Shown piece after piece: positions 1 to 8,914 of a stretch of 12,731 bases of DNA. The stretch comes from Octopus sinensis (lineage: Eukaryota). The position numbers and the translations under genes were made by a program. The stretch covers positions 1 to 12,731 of the forward strand of contig NW_021826484.1 in NCBI RefSeq assembly GCF_006345805.1, in the 5' to 3' direction. A model generated the notes under the pieces. It did not search any database. It had not been told where the DNA came from and saw only the letters and a list, made by a program, of their open reading frames with translations. Positions within the stretch are counted from its first letter, which is position 1; every line of letters starts with the position of its first letter.

Positions 1-1
1 C

Positions 2-297
2 TTACATGATAAAACAAGACCACATATTGTCCTGGTTACTCGGGAAAAGATAAGAACATTAAATATGGAAGTTATGCCATATCCCTCGTAATCTTCTGAC
101 CTTGCTTCATCTAACTAATCCTTTCAGATTAATGCAACATTATTTAAAAGGGAAACAGTTTATGAATTATGATGAGGTTAAAGATGATATTGAGGGTCAC
201 TGTTTCGAAACCTGAAGCATTTTACGACCGAGGGATCTACTATATTGTAAAAATATGGGATTACGTCCTGAATAATGAGGGGAAAACATTATCTTGA
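2..297 (+). pseudogene. Decayed mariner (Tc1/mariner superfamily) transposase, C-terminal catalytic part; runs off the left edge of the window
   Basis: Manual translation from nt 2: LHDKTRPHIVLVTREKIRTLNMEVMPYPS*SSDLASSN*. After frameshifts it continues RLMQHYLKGKQFMNYDEVKDDIEG and KPEAFYDRGIYYIVKIWDYVLNNEGKTLS* (TGA 295-297). This follows the mariner pattern LHDNARPH...EVLPHPPYSPDLAPSDY.LF...L.GK.F...FY.RGI..L..RW..V....G. It has two internal stops (e.g. TAA 89-91) and at least two frameshifts. Confidence 0.88.
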
Positions 298-301
298 TAT
301 A

Positions 302-621
302 GAAGGTCTGGCACTCCGTCGGTTACGACGACGAGTGTTCCAGTCAAACCGATCAATGGAACAGCCTGCTCGCGAAATTAATGTGTAATTGGTTGAGCAC
401 TCCACAGACATGCGCACCACGTAACGTAGTTCTCAGGGAGATTCAGCGTGACATTGAGTGTGACGAGGCTGGCCCTTTGAAATATAGGTATTACTAATTT
501 TTGCGAGATGAGTAGACCGCAGCAATGTTCCTTGCTCAAAGGCATAACGCGCCGCCGGGAATCAAACACACGATCGTAGGATCGTGAGCTGAATGCTCTC
601 AACACTGAGCTACGCGCCTTC
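302..621 (-). mobile_element. tRNA-derived SINE, family B, near full length
   Basis: The reverse complement begins tgaaggcgcgtagctcagtgttgagagc (A-box-like), then gtttgattccc (B-box-like) and a CORE-like ctttgagcaagg, and ends ...gtcgtcgtaaccgacggagtgcca. It is colinear with the copy at 4143-4443. Confidence 0.85.
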
Positions 622-648
622 AATTGACTTAGGATATATATATATATA

Positions 649-1058
649 GGCGCAGGAGTGGCTGTGTGGTAAGTAGCTTGCTTACCAACCACATGGTTCC
701 GGGTTCAGTCCCACTGCGTGGCATCTTGGGCAAGTATCTTCTGCTATAGCCCCGGGCCGATCAATGCCTTGTGAGTGGACTTGGTGGACGGAAACTGAAA
801 GAAGCCTGTCGTATATATCTATATATATGTGTGTGTATCTGTTTGTGTGTCTGTGTTTGTCCCCCTAGCACTGCTTGACAACCGATGCTGGTGTGTTTAC
901 ATCCCCGTCACTTAGCGGTTCTGCAAAAGAGACCGATAGAATAAGTACTGGGCTTACAAAGAATAAGTCCCGGGGTCGATTTGCTCGACTAAAGGCGGTG
1001 CTCCAGCATGGTCGCAGTCAAAATAACTGAAACAAGTAAAAGAGAGTAAAAGAGAGAG
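649..1058 (+). mobile_element. tRNA-derived SINE, family A (octopus-type, CORE-like segment, internal TA/TG microsatellite), full length
   Basis: Head ggcgcaggagtggctgtgtggtaag (A box), gggttcagtccc (B box), CORE-like cttgggcaagt, internal (TA)/(TG) tract about 812-855, 3' part ending aaggcggtgctccagcatgg..gcagtc..ctgaaacaagtaaaagag with a short tandem tail. It aligns end to end with 3498-3906. Confidence 0.9.
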
Positions 1059-1069
1059 AATATATATAT

Positions 1070-1380
1070 TTAAAATTAAAATCAAAATGAGGGTGAAAAA
1101 TTGGATATTAATTTGACAACATCAATTTTAACACCAGTGGTCTAGCATATAAAAAATGAGATTCAGTAAGTAGTATTACATATATAAATATAAGAGGGAA
1201 TTTTAGCACTATATGGAAACCCTTATGCTAGAAGAAGATCCGCTATGGTCTTAACCACTAAGAATTGTTCTCCAGAAAATTAGCTAAATTTTCTAGAGAA
1301 CAATTCTTAGTGGTTAAGACCATAGCGGATCTTCTTCTAGCATAAGAGTTTCCACATAGTGGTAACATTCCCTCTTATAT
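1070..1380. mobile_element. Fold-back element 1: about 118-nt AT-rich leader plus 94-bp inverted arms (1188-1281 / 1287-1380), 5-nt loop, TA tracts on both sides
   Basis: Arms aligned by hand: 5 substitutions in 94 bp, no indels, loop agcta (1282-1286). The leader contains ccagtggtcta (1134-1144), also found in the leader of fold-back element 2. The inverted repeat is certain; the mobile-element identity is inferred. Confidence 0.75.
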
Positions 1381-1483
1381 ATATATATATATATATATAT
1401 ATAGCTCCAGGTTCGGTGATTATACGAATGAGGAGTCCAACGTAGGTCATATATATAAAAAATGGATATATAATAAAAATAAA

Positions 1484-1667
1484 CAGAATGAGATAAAAAT
1501 CGAAGACTGTGAAACATTTCAGAACATTTGTAAAGAGAAGGTCTTACAGCTGTTTCCGGGATATTTTATATATCCCTTCATCGGAGACGGTGCGAGAAAA
1601 TGGTTAAGCAATAGTTATTCTAAATGTTCTGAAGTCTTTTCCAGCGTTGGATTTTTATCTCATTCTG
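1484..1667. mobile_element. Older fold-back element: 46-bp inverted arms (1484-1529 / 1622-1667) around a 92-nt spacer containing a hammerhead motif; probably Penelope-like-element derived
   Basis: cagaatgagataaaaatc (1484-1501) pairs perfectly with 1650-1667, and ttcagaacattt (1518-1529) with 1622-1633. About 39/46 positions are complementary, without indels. TA-rich flanks. Confidence 0.65.
1541..1588 (-). ncRNA. Type I minimal hammerhead ribozyme motif (variant core CCGAUGA), predicted cleavage after GUA between 1545 and 1544
   Basis: Minus strand: gtct-CCGATGA-a-gggatat-ataaa-atatccc-g-GAAAC-agct-GT-A-agac. Stem I gtct/agac, 7-bp stem II, self-complementary stem III/loop ACAGCTGT as in minimal dimer-forming HHRs of Penelope-like elements. 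Deviations: U4 is C, and an A/G opposition at the base of stem II. Confidence 0.7.
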
Positions 1668-1826
1668 CTAATTTTTATATATATGCATGCTACACACACA
1701 CACATACACACATACACACACATATATATATATATGTATGTATGTATGTATGCATGTATGTATAATATAGTATAATATAGACACGCATGATATTTTATAT
1801 GAGTATATTCGAATATATTTTTGCAG

Positions 1827-1893
1827 GTCATTTACTTCAGACAGTCACTGGTCATAGCTCTAATAATTTCTAATTTTTTGTTGAGCACTCTCG
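1827..1893 (+). other. Candidate 67-nt internal exon of an unidentified host gene
   Basis: Acceptor atatttttgcag|g (AG 1825-1826) and strong donor tcg|gtgagt (GT 1894-1895). Only one frame is open: VIYFRQSLVIALIISNFLLSTL, hydrophobic. No homology recognised. Confidence 0.3.
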
Positions 1894-2090
1894 GTGAGTA
1901 AATGCTTCGATTAAAATTATTTTAAATTAGCCCTTTAAGGTCTGTTTATGTATAACGACAACACACATATATACATACAGACGCACAGGTATACATATAC
2001 GAATACAGATACAAACATATACATGCGTTTGTTTATATGATATATACATACAGATATATATATATACACACACACATATATATAACGATA

Positions 2091-2395
2091 AACGTCGCCT
2101 TTTTCAAGCGTAGCCAGGCTCATGGGCCCGGTTTCCCGGTTTCTGTGGCACATGTGTTCCCCCCAGCTGGACAGGACTCCAGTTCATCGCAGCATTACTC
2201 AACAAACAGGAACAGAGAGTGAGAGAAAGTTGGGGCGAAAGAGTACAACAGGGGTCGCCCTCCACCCTGCTGGAGCCTCGTGGAGCTTTTAGCTATTTTC
2301 GCTCAATAACACACACAATGCTCTGTCTGGGAATCGAAACCGCGATCCTCCGACCGCGAGTTCGTTGCCCTAACCACTGTGACATTGCGCCTCCA
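2091..2395 (-). mobile_element. tRNA-derived SINE, family C
   Basis: The reverse complement starts tggaggcgcaatgtcacagtggttaggg (A-box-like) and has ggtttcgattccc (B box). It is colinear with 4864-5142 (shared gagtgagagaaagtt, gtggagctt, tggacaggac blocks). The ctgcga.gga..gg.gtcctgtcca block resembles the V-SINE (HE1/DANA-type) conserved domain (recalled, unverified). Confidence 0.8.
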
Positions 2396-2412
2396 TATAA
2401 TATATATAATAT

Positions 2413-2453
<41 letters not shown>

Positions 2454-2457
2454 ATAT

Positions 2458-2488
<31 letters not shown>

Positions 2489-2680
2489 TATATATGGTAT
2501 GTATGTATGTATATATATAATATAATCTATATATCATATATATATATATATATATATAGATATATATATATATTATATACATATATATTATACCATACAC
2601 ATATTATATATATATAACACACACACACATATATATATACACACACACAAGAGTGAGACAGAGAGAGAGATATATGTGTC
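2396..2680. repeat. Long interrupted (TA)n microsatellite followed by (CA)n and (GA)n
   Basis: Directly visible; source of the spurious IY-repeat ORFs 2219-2617 and 2370-2600. Confidence 0.95.
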
Positions 2681-3497
2681 TGCGTTTGTTATGCCTATAT
2701 GAAGTGTTAATGTATCCGTGTATTTATATATGCGCATGTGAGTGTGTATATGCGTGTGTCATGTGTTGAAATGTGTATGGTAGACGTACGCACTACCGGA
2801 TTGTTGTTTTAGCTGTTCTGCACACAGCATAACACCACAATCTTTCACACAATGCGTCTCTGAATCTTCCACTCGCCATCCACACACCCACACACCTAGC
2901 TTCGTCGCTACTTTAAACCCCCAAAAGGTTTTTAACTAATCATTTCTCGCAGAAATTACAGTTGTCTGAACATAACTTCTCTGCCTCCTGTTAATTGTAG
3001 TCGAGCTTCTTAGAGTAAGAAGAGACGACGTTATTCTCTATTTTATCGTTGAACACCAGAATAAGAAAGAAACTTTGCAAGTGAAAGCTGTTGTCAACTA
3101 ATTTCACATGTGAATGTAAATTCTTCTAATGTTATTCACTTCACATAAAACCGAAAGTACAAGTGAAGAACCAAAAGCCGTTCGCTTTTAGTGTTTCTTT
3201 CTCACGGCATACAAACGTTATTTTACCAATTTTATTAAATTTCGTTTTTCTTTTGCTTTTATTTATTTTTTTTGTTTACTTTGTTTTGGTCGAATGTGGA
3301 ACAATATAACGTTTCTCTGATTCTACTCTATTGTTTTGGGGTTTTTTTTTTGTTGCTTTTTTCTTGTTCTGTATCTTTACCAATGTTTTTTTTTTTTTAA
3401 TCTGGCATCCAACTAGATTTGGCCAACTATCAGCAACTATTCCTCTTTCAACCTTACCATTCATCTTTTTATTCTCGATATTATATAAAGTAGCAAA

Positions 3498-3906
3498 GAG
3501 CAGGAGTGGCTGTGTGGTAAGTACTTGTTTACCAACCACATGGTTCCGGGTTCAGGCCCACTGCGTGGCATCTTGGGCAAGTGTCTTCTGCTATAGCCCC
3601 GGCCGACCAATGCCTTGTGAGTGGATTTGGTAGACGGAAACTGAAAGAAGCCTGTTGTAATATGTATATATATTGTGTGTGTGTGTTTGTGTGTCTGTGT
3701 TTGTCTCCCTAGCATTGCTTGACAACCGATGCTGGTGTGTTTATGTCCCCGTTACTTAGCGGTTCGGCAAAAGAGACCGATAGAATAAGTACTGGGCTTA
3801 CAAAAGAATAAGTCCCGAGGTCGAGTTGCTCGATTAAAGGCGGTGCTCCAGCATGGCCGCAGTCAAATGACTGAAAAAAGTAAAAGAGTAAAAAGAGTAA
3901 AGAGAG
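3498..3906 (+). mobile_element. tRNA-derived SINE, family A, full length
   Basis: Same A box, B box, CORE-like segment, internal microsatellite and 3' end as 649-1058; tail of tandem (a)gtaaaaga(g) units. Confidence 0.9.
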
Positions 3907-3909
3907 TCC

Positions 3910-3980
3910 GAGGCAGAAATGTTAGAGCGTCGGATGAGACTCCTTGTGGCGTTTGTTCCGGCTCTTTCGTTCAGAGTTCT
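3910..3980 (+). mobile_element. Possible degraded 5' head of a fourth octopus SINE family
   Basis: ggcagaaatgttagagcgtcggatg...cgttcagagttc loosely resembles a recalled octopus SINE head (ggcagaaacgttagcacgccggg...cgttctgagttcaaa). No second copy in the window to confirm it. Confidence 0.3.
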
Positions 3981-4142
3981 TACCAGGTAGATTCAGTTTC
4001 CCGTCTGGTTTAGCACCTGGCCTGTTCTTAGGTTCCTTTAGCGGAGTTCACACTTTTGCAACGTATTTGGAACAGGACTTCTCTTTCAGAGTAACTTCTA
4101 CCTTAACCCTTTTCCTATTACCACCTACCTTCACTAAGTAAC

Positions 4143-4443
4143 TGGGATTCCGTCAGTTACGACGGAGAGTGTTACAGTCGACCCGATCAACGGAACAGCC
4201 AGCTCGTGAAATTAACGTGCAAGTGGCTGAGCACTCCACAAACACGTGTACTCTTAACATAGCTCTCAGGGAGATTCAGTTTGACACAGAGTGTGACAAG
4301 GCCGGCCCTTTGAAATACAGGTACAACTCATTTTTTCCAGCTGAATGGACTGGAGCAACGTGAAATAAAGCGTCTTGCTCAAGGACACAACGCGACCTTA
4401 CAATCGTGATCCGAATGCCCTAACCACTAAGCCATGCGCCTTC
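4143..4443 (-). mobile_element. tRNA-derived SINE, family B, with the B-box region deleted
   Basis: Colinear with 302-621, but the roughly 25-nt segment carrying gggaatcaaac (B box, reverse) is missing at cgcgac|cttacaatc (about 4391-4400). Confidence 0.85.
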
Positions 4444-4509
4444 ACACACACGCGTACACACGCACACACACACACGCGTACACACGCACACACACAAAAA
4501 CACACACAT

Positions 4510-4554
<45 letters not shown>

Positions 4555-4571
4555 TATATATGTATATATAT
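4444..4571. repeat. (CA)n-rich compound microsatellite
   Basis: Directly visible; source of the HT/VC-repeat ORFs. Confidence 0.95.
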
Positions 4572-4717
4572 ACGACGGGTTTCTTTCATCTTCTGTTTAC
4601 CAAATCCACTCACAAGGCTTCGACCAGCGCGGACCCACAGTAGAAGATACTTGCCCAAGGTATCACACACAGTGGAACCGAAACCAAGCCTACATGGTAG
4701 GGAAGCACGCCTGCGCC
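4572..4717 (-). mobile_element. SINE family A, 5' half only, ending at the internal microsatellite
   Basis: Reverse complement ggcgcagg...ccttgggcaagtatcttct...gccttgtgagtggatttggtaaacagaagatgaaagaaacccgtcgtata matches 649-815, with the A-box region deleted. Confidence 0.8.
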
Positions 4718-4863
4718 TATATCCGAATGAAAAACAAAATAGTTGCGATTGGGACCCCTTTTGACTCTAAATAAACATAAATATGACAGCTGACCTGGCA
4801 CTAAACAACATTAATAACACGAAGAAGAATACTTCATAACAGCACAACAGACCAACTTTATTG

Positions 4864-5142
4864 TTTGTTTGTTCCTTCTCGAGCCGGTTTCCTTGGCGTA
4901 TAGGTTCCCCACCTGGACAGGACGCCGGTCCGTCGCAGGTGAGCTGCAAGATGCAGGAGGAAAGAGTGAGAGAAAGTTTGTGGGGAAAGAGTCAGCAGAA
5001 GTTCGCCATTACCTTCTGCCGGAGCCGCGTGGAGCTTAGGTGTTTCGCTCATAAACACACACATCGCCGGGGTCTGAGATTCGAACCCGCGATCCCTCGA
5101 CCGCGAGTCCACTGCTCTAACCACTAGGCCATGTGCCTCCAC
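4864..5142 (-). mobile_element. tRNA-derived SINE, family C, with a 13-bp target-site duplication
   Basis: Head (reverse complement) gtggaggcacatggcctagtggttagagc and gggttcgaatctc; (CAAA)n tail at 4864-4873. Exact direct repeat accaactttattg at 4851-4863 and 5143-5155. Confidence 0.9.
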
Positions 5143-5385
5143 ACCAACTTTATTGGCATTTAGTAAGAAACTTCGCGAAATCTCTGCGAACTAATATGTC
5201 AGAAGCAATGTGGAATTCAAGTGTTGCATGGAGCTGTGACTAAGTGGCATTTCTGCTACACTTTGCTTTCAAATTCAAGTTTACTACTTGACAAAACCGA
5301 TCTCTTAGATACAATCTCAACGGTACAGATTTAATTAAGATGACGACATGTCAGCGAACCTCTGCAAGCAATCAGTGAATTAGCT

Positions 5386-5850
5386 ACGTATGTATGTATG
5401 TATGCATGCATGTATGTATGTATGTATGTGTGTGTGTATGTATGTATGCATGTATGCATGTATGCATGTATGTACGTATGCATGTATGCATTATGTACGT
5501 ATGCATATATGTATGTGTGTGCGTGTGTTTATGTATGCATGTATATGTATATATGCATGCATTTGTATGTATATATTCATGTATGTATGCATATATATAC
5601 GTTTGTATGCATGTATAGATTTATGCAATATATGTATATACGCATGTATATTTGCATATGAATGTATATATCTATATCTATATGTCAAAATATATATACA
5701 TATATATAAATGTATATATATATATGAATATATGTATATATATTTACATATGTACACATATATGTATATATTCATATATGTGTATATATGTAAATATATA
5801 TATATATATATATATATAAATATAATGTACATATACACATCATATATGTG
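5386..5850. repeat. Degenerate (TATG)n/(TA)n compound microsatellite
   Basis: Directly visible; gives the spurious 269-aa MYVCM ORF. Confidence 0.95.
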
Positions 5851-6019
5851 GAACCAAATACGCACACACCATACGCATGCAATCACACGCGTACAAAGAC
5901 AGACTCTCTACCTCTCCCCACCTCTCTCTCTCTCTCTCTCTCTGTCACTCTCTCACAAACATACATATACATACACACATATAGCAGGAATCCTACTTTG
6001 GACAGATGGAATTGATCGT

Positions 6020-6257
6020 TCATCATCTACTCCTCCTCCTCGTCCTCCTCCTCTTCGTCGCATTCACTATTGCTATAACCAGAGGCACCACTGCCAGGAA
6101 CACCACCATGGCCATCATCATCATCACCATTATTGTCGTCCTCATCAATATCATATTCTTGCCTTCCATAACTTCACAATACCACTTCGCTTAGCATGAC
6201 TACTACTACGACTGCTAGTATAGTACTACTACTAATAATAGCAACAACAACAACAAC

Positions 6258-6288
<31 letters not shown>

Positions 6289-6349
6289 GTGGTAGTAATA
6301 CGAAGAAGACAATGAAGAACAACACCAACATCAACAACAACAACAGTAA

Positions 6350-6396
<47 letters not shown>

Positions 6397-6558
6397 TACG
6401 AAGACAATGAAGAACAACAGCAACAACTACAACAACAAAAAGATAATGAAGGTAGTCATGATGGTGAAGAACAACAACAAGAAAACGAAGATAATGAAGA
6501 ACAACAACACACACACACACACACACACATTATATTATATATATATATATATATATAT
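6020..6558. repeat. Compound trinucleotide low-complexity tract (TCC, CAT, TAC, AAC, AAT, GTA, GAA) ending in (CA)n(TA)n
   Basis: Directly visible; includes pure (AAT)n at about 6258-6288 and (GTA)n at about 6352-6396. Confidence 0.9.
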
Positions 6559-7079
6559 AACATAACAAAGGGAAATGGAATTAAATTAAATTTAAAATAT
6601 TCAATCAAAATTTACATTTCCAGTGGTCTAACGTGCAAAAAAATTAGTCAAGAAGACTATATACTAGTTATACGATATAGTGCACATTTATACACATAAG
6701 GAATCCACTTAGCGTGAGCTTCAACACATTAGAGAGAACATCTGGGTTCTATAAACCACAAAAATAACGGATGAAATTCGACAGGAATAAATTTGGGAAT
6801 GAAAAACATTTACCATCTAGTACCCCGGACCAAATTGGTTTCTGATCCTCTTTTAGCAAGTCGGGGGAACTATCGACCTTGCGAGTTCCCCCGACTTGCT
6901 AAAAGAAGATCAGAAACCAATTTGTCCGGGTACTAGATGGTAAATGTTTTTCATTCCCAAATTTATTCCTGTCGAATTTCATCCGTTATTTTTGTGGTTT
7001 ATAGAACCCAGATGTTCTCTCTAATGTGTTGAATCTCACGCTAAGTGGATTCCTTATGTGTATAAATATGCACTATATC

Positions 7080-7084
<5 letters not shown>
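6559..7084. mobile_element. Fold-back element 2: about 110-nt leader plus about 202-bp inverted arms (6669-6871 / 6884-7084), 12-nt loop, (TA)n on both sides
   Basis: Hand alignment: 3 substitutions and two 1-nt indels over about 202 bp; loop atcgaccttgcg (6872-6883). The leader contains ccagtggtcta (6620-6630). Confidence 0.8.
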
Positions 7085-7162
<78 letters not shown>

Positions 7163-7172
7163 TATATATATG
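7081..7172. repeat. (TA)n microsatellite
   Basis: Directly visible. Confidence 0.95.
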
Positions 7173-7173
7173 C

Positions 7174-7360
7174 ATGCGTTTGTCCCCCATCATCGCTTGA
7201 CAACTGGTGCTGTTGTTTTTAAGGTTCGGAATATGATAAAATAAATACCAGACTTTTAAAATATACTACGCCAGAGTCGATTGCTTCAACTAAAATACTT
7301 CAAGGTGGTGCCCCAGCATGACCGCAGTCTCATGACTGATAGAAATAAATGATAAAAAAT
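7174..7360 (+). mobile_element. SINE family A, diverged 3' half
   Basis: tttgtccccc..cgcttgacaactggtgct...aaggtggtgccccagcatgaccgcagtc..atgactga matches 856-1035. Confidence 0.75.
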
Positions 7361-7417
7361 ATATGAATATATACATACATACAAATATGTATGTATACAC
7401 ACATACACACACATATA

Positions 7418-7450
7418 CTAGCGATGCACCCCGACGTTGCCCGGGTGTTA
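7418..7450 (-). mobile_element. Helitron 3' terminus fragment
   Basis: The minus strand reads cacccgggcaacgtcggggtg-catcg-CTAG|T: a GC-rich subterminal hairpin then CTAG followed by T. It resembles the end of the Helitron at 12188-12216. Confidence 0.6.
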
Positions 7451-7544
7451 TTCCCTACAGTCACATTGTAGTATTTGTTCCCTTCTTAAGGGCAGAATCG
7501 GCACACGAGGAGTATGAAGCAGACAACTCTTCGTTATAAACATA

Positions 7545-7660
7545 CTTGCGGTCTTTGTAGTTGGCCTAGGGCTATAGCAGAAAACACTTGCCCGAGGGAC
7601 TGAACGTGGAACCATGGGGTTGGGAAGCAAACATCTTAACCACACAGTCATTCTTGCACC
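7545..7660 (-). mobile_element. SINE family A, diverged 5' half
   Basis: Reverse complement ggtgcaagaatgactgtgtggttaag...cgttcagtccc.cgggcaagtgttttctgctatagccctaggcc. Confidence 0.75.
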
Positions 7661-7719
7661 TAATGTGTGTATATGTGAGAGTGTGTGCGTGTGTGTTTGC
7701 ATTTGTTGTTAAATCGAAT

Positions 7720-7863
7720 GTTTTGTCCCGCTATGTCTCAAAGTTTGCAGATCGATAAAATGAATGCCAGATTCAAATACGTACAGAGGTCAGTATGATC
7801 AATTAAATGTTCGAAGGTGATACCCCATCATGGCGACAGTCGAAAGACTAAACCCAGTAAAAT
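7720..7863 (+). mobile_element. Highly diverged SINE 3' tail (family A-like)
   Basis: gatcgataaaatgaatgccag...gaaggtgataccccatcatggcgacagtc...gactaaacccagtaaaa loosely follows the family A 3' end. Confidence 0.5.
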
Positions 7864-8603
7864 AATGTTTAGAGACTAAATGGCTTCAAATTTAAGGTAA
7901 TGGATTACTAGCCACAAGATTATGAGTTTAAAACTTCCATTCTATACGATAACACTATATGAACATCAATTAACAATTGTAATTAGAAGTTGAGAGGTTA
8001 GCAGTAAGAAATATGTCTGGATTTCTTTAAAATTATTGTACAAAATATTCTGAGAAAAGTATTTTTTAACCACAACAAAACACACAAACACACACACAGA
8101 GGTGTGTCTGTGGTAACTTGAGCTACTACAAATTGCAGCCAAATCTCTCTTAAAACGCACCCTTTAATTAAAAGAAAGTACAGATTTGCAGTATTTTAAG
8201 AAGAAAAATAAGACTATGAAATAAGTCTCCTTCATCAGAGGCAACTTTGAGCTAAAAAAAGCACATTCAAACAAAATTCACATTAAAAGATTATTAACTA
8301 AATAATAGTAATAAAATTGACGATATATCTTCGAAGTTTCATTCCCTGGTAAAATCACGTATTTTGAATATTTTCTCATTATGCTCTATGTAAGACATAT
8401 TCTTCAAGCAGAGTTGCCTCCCTTAACTAAAGATCTCAAAATTGTGCGACCCGACCTCGTTTTCGAAGTTATTTTGTAGTAAAAAAGAGTTCATGTGCAA
8501 AAAACATACTTTATTTGGTAGTCGAAAAATTACTAAATCTCTTGATACTTCATACGTCAAAATCAGCAACTCAATTTTCGAATCCATAAGGAACATACAT
8601 GCC

Positions 8604-8606
8604 CAC

Positions 8607-8685
<79 letters not shown>
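8604..8685. repeat. (CA)n(TA)n microsatellite
   Basis: Directly visible. Confidence 0.95.
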
Positions 8686-8686
<1 letters not shown>

Positions 8687-8893
8687 CGGGAAAGTTTACG
8701 AAAATAAACAAAGACGAAGGCAGGTGGAGTACAAACAAACAAATGTATTAGTATAGCGCTCAGGAATAGAAATAGAAAAAGTATTTTACATTTCGAGCCT
8801 GCGCTCTTCGACAGAAAGATACACAGAAAAAAAACAAGGAGAGAAACAAGGAGAGAAAAAAATGCGTGTAGGAGCTAACGATCTATCATGGCG
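8685..8893 (-). mobile_element. About 210-bp insert between TA tracts carrying a minimal hammerhead motif; probable Penelope-like terminal-repeat fragment
   Basis: Complex sequence bounded by (TA)n on both sides; contains the HHR-like motif at 8784-8817 and a tandem duplication of aaacaaggagag (about 8832-8855). Confidence 0.5.
8784..8817 (-). ncRNA. Type I minimal hammerhead-like motif, degenerate
   Basis: Minus strand: ttt-CTGTCGA-a-gagc-gcag-gctc-GAAA-tgt-A-aaa. Stem I ttt/aaa, 4-bp stem II with tetraloop, and a GAAAYGUA-type ultra-short stem III. Deviations: A6 is U and C15.2 is U. Confidence 0.5.
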
Positions 8894-8914
8894 TATATAC
8901 ATATATATATATAT

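Noticed and set aside
649-725. tRNA-like heads with A and B boxes (also 2330-2395, 3498-3575, 5080-5142)
   Set aside because: They are SINE heads continuing into SINE bodies, with no cloverleaf or acceptor stem; not tRNA genes.
2932-3015. Good branch point plus acceptor (actaat...tttctcgcag, AG 2951-2952)
   Set aside because: No convincing donor follows, and the frame continuing from candidate exon 1827-1893 stops after five codons.
378-5142. ORFs 378-692, 2037-2222, 2219-2617, 3276-3715, 4169-4363 and 4858-5142
   Set aside because: They read through SINE bodies or microsatellites; homologous SINE copies do not preserve the frames.
5390-6199. Longest ORF (269 aa, MYVCM..., with a His-rich tail)
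   Set aside because: It is a translation of (TATG)n, (TA)n, (TC)n and (CAT)n microsatellites; no domain-like sequence.
6766-6806. cggatga...gaaa inside fold-back 2 as a hammerhead
   Set aside because: The core is mismatched and there are no credible stems I-III.
8442-8756. 104-aa ORF starting in unique sequence
   Set aside because: No recognisable motif, a GTG-type start, and it runs into (CA)n(TA)n.
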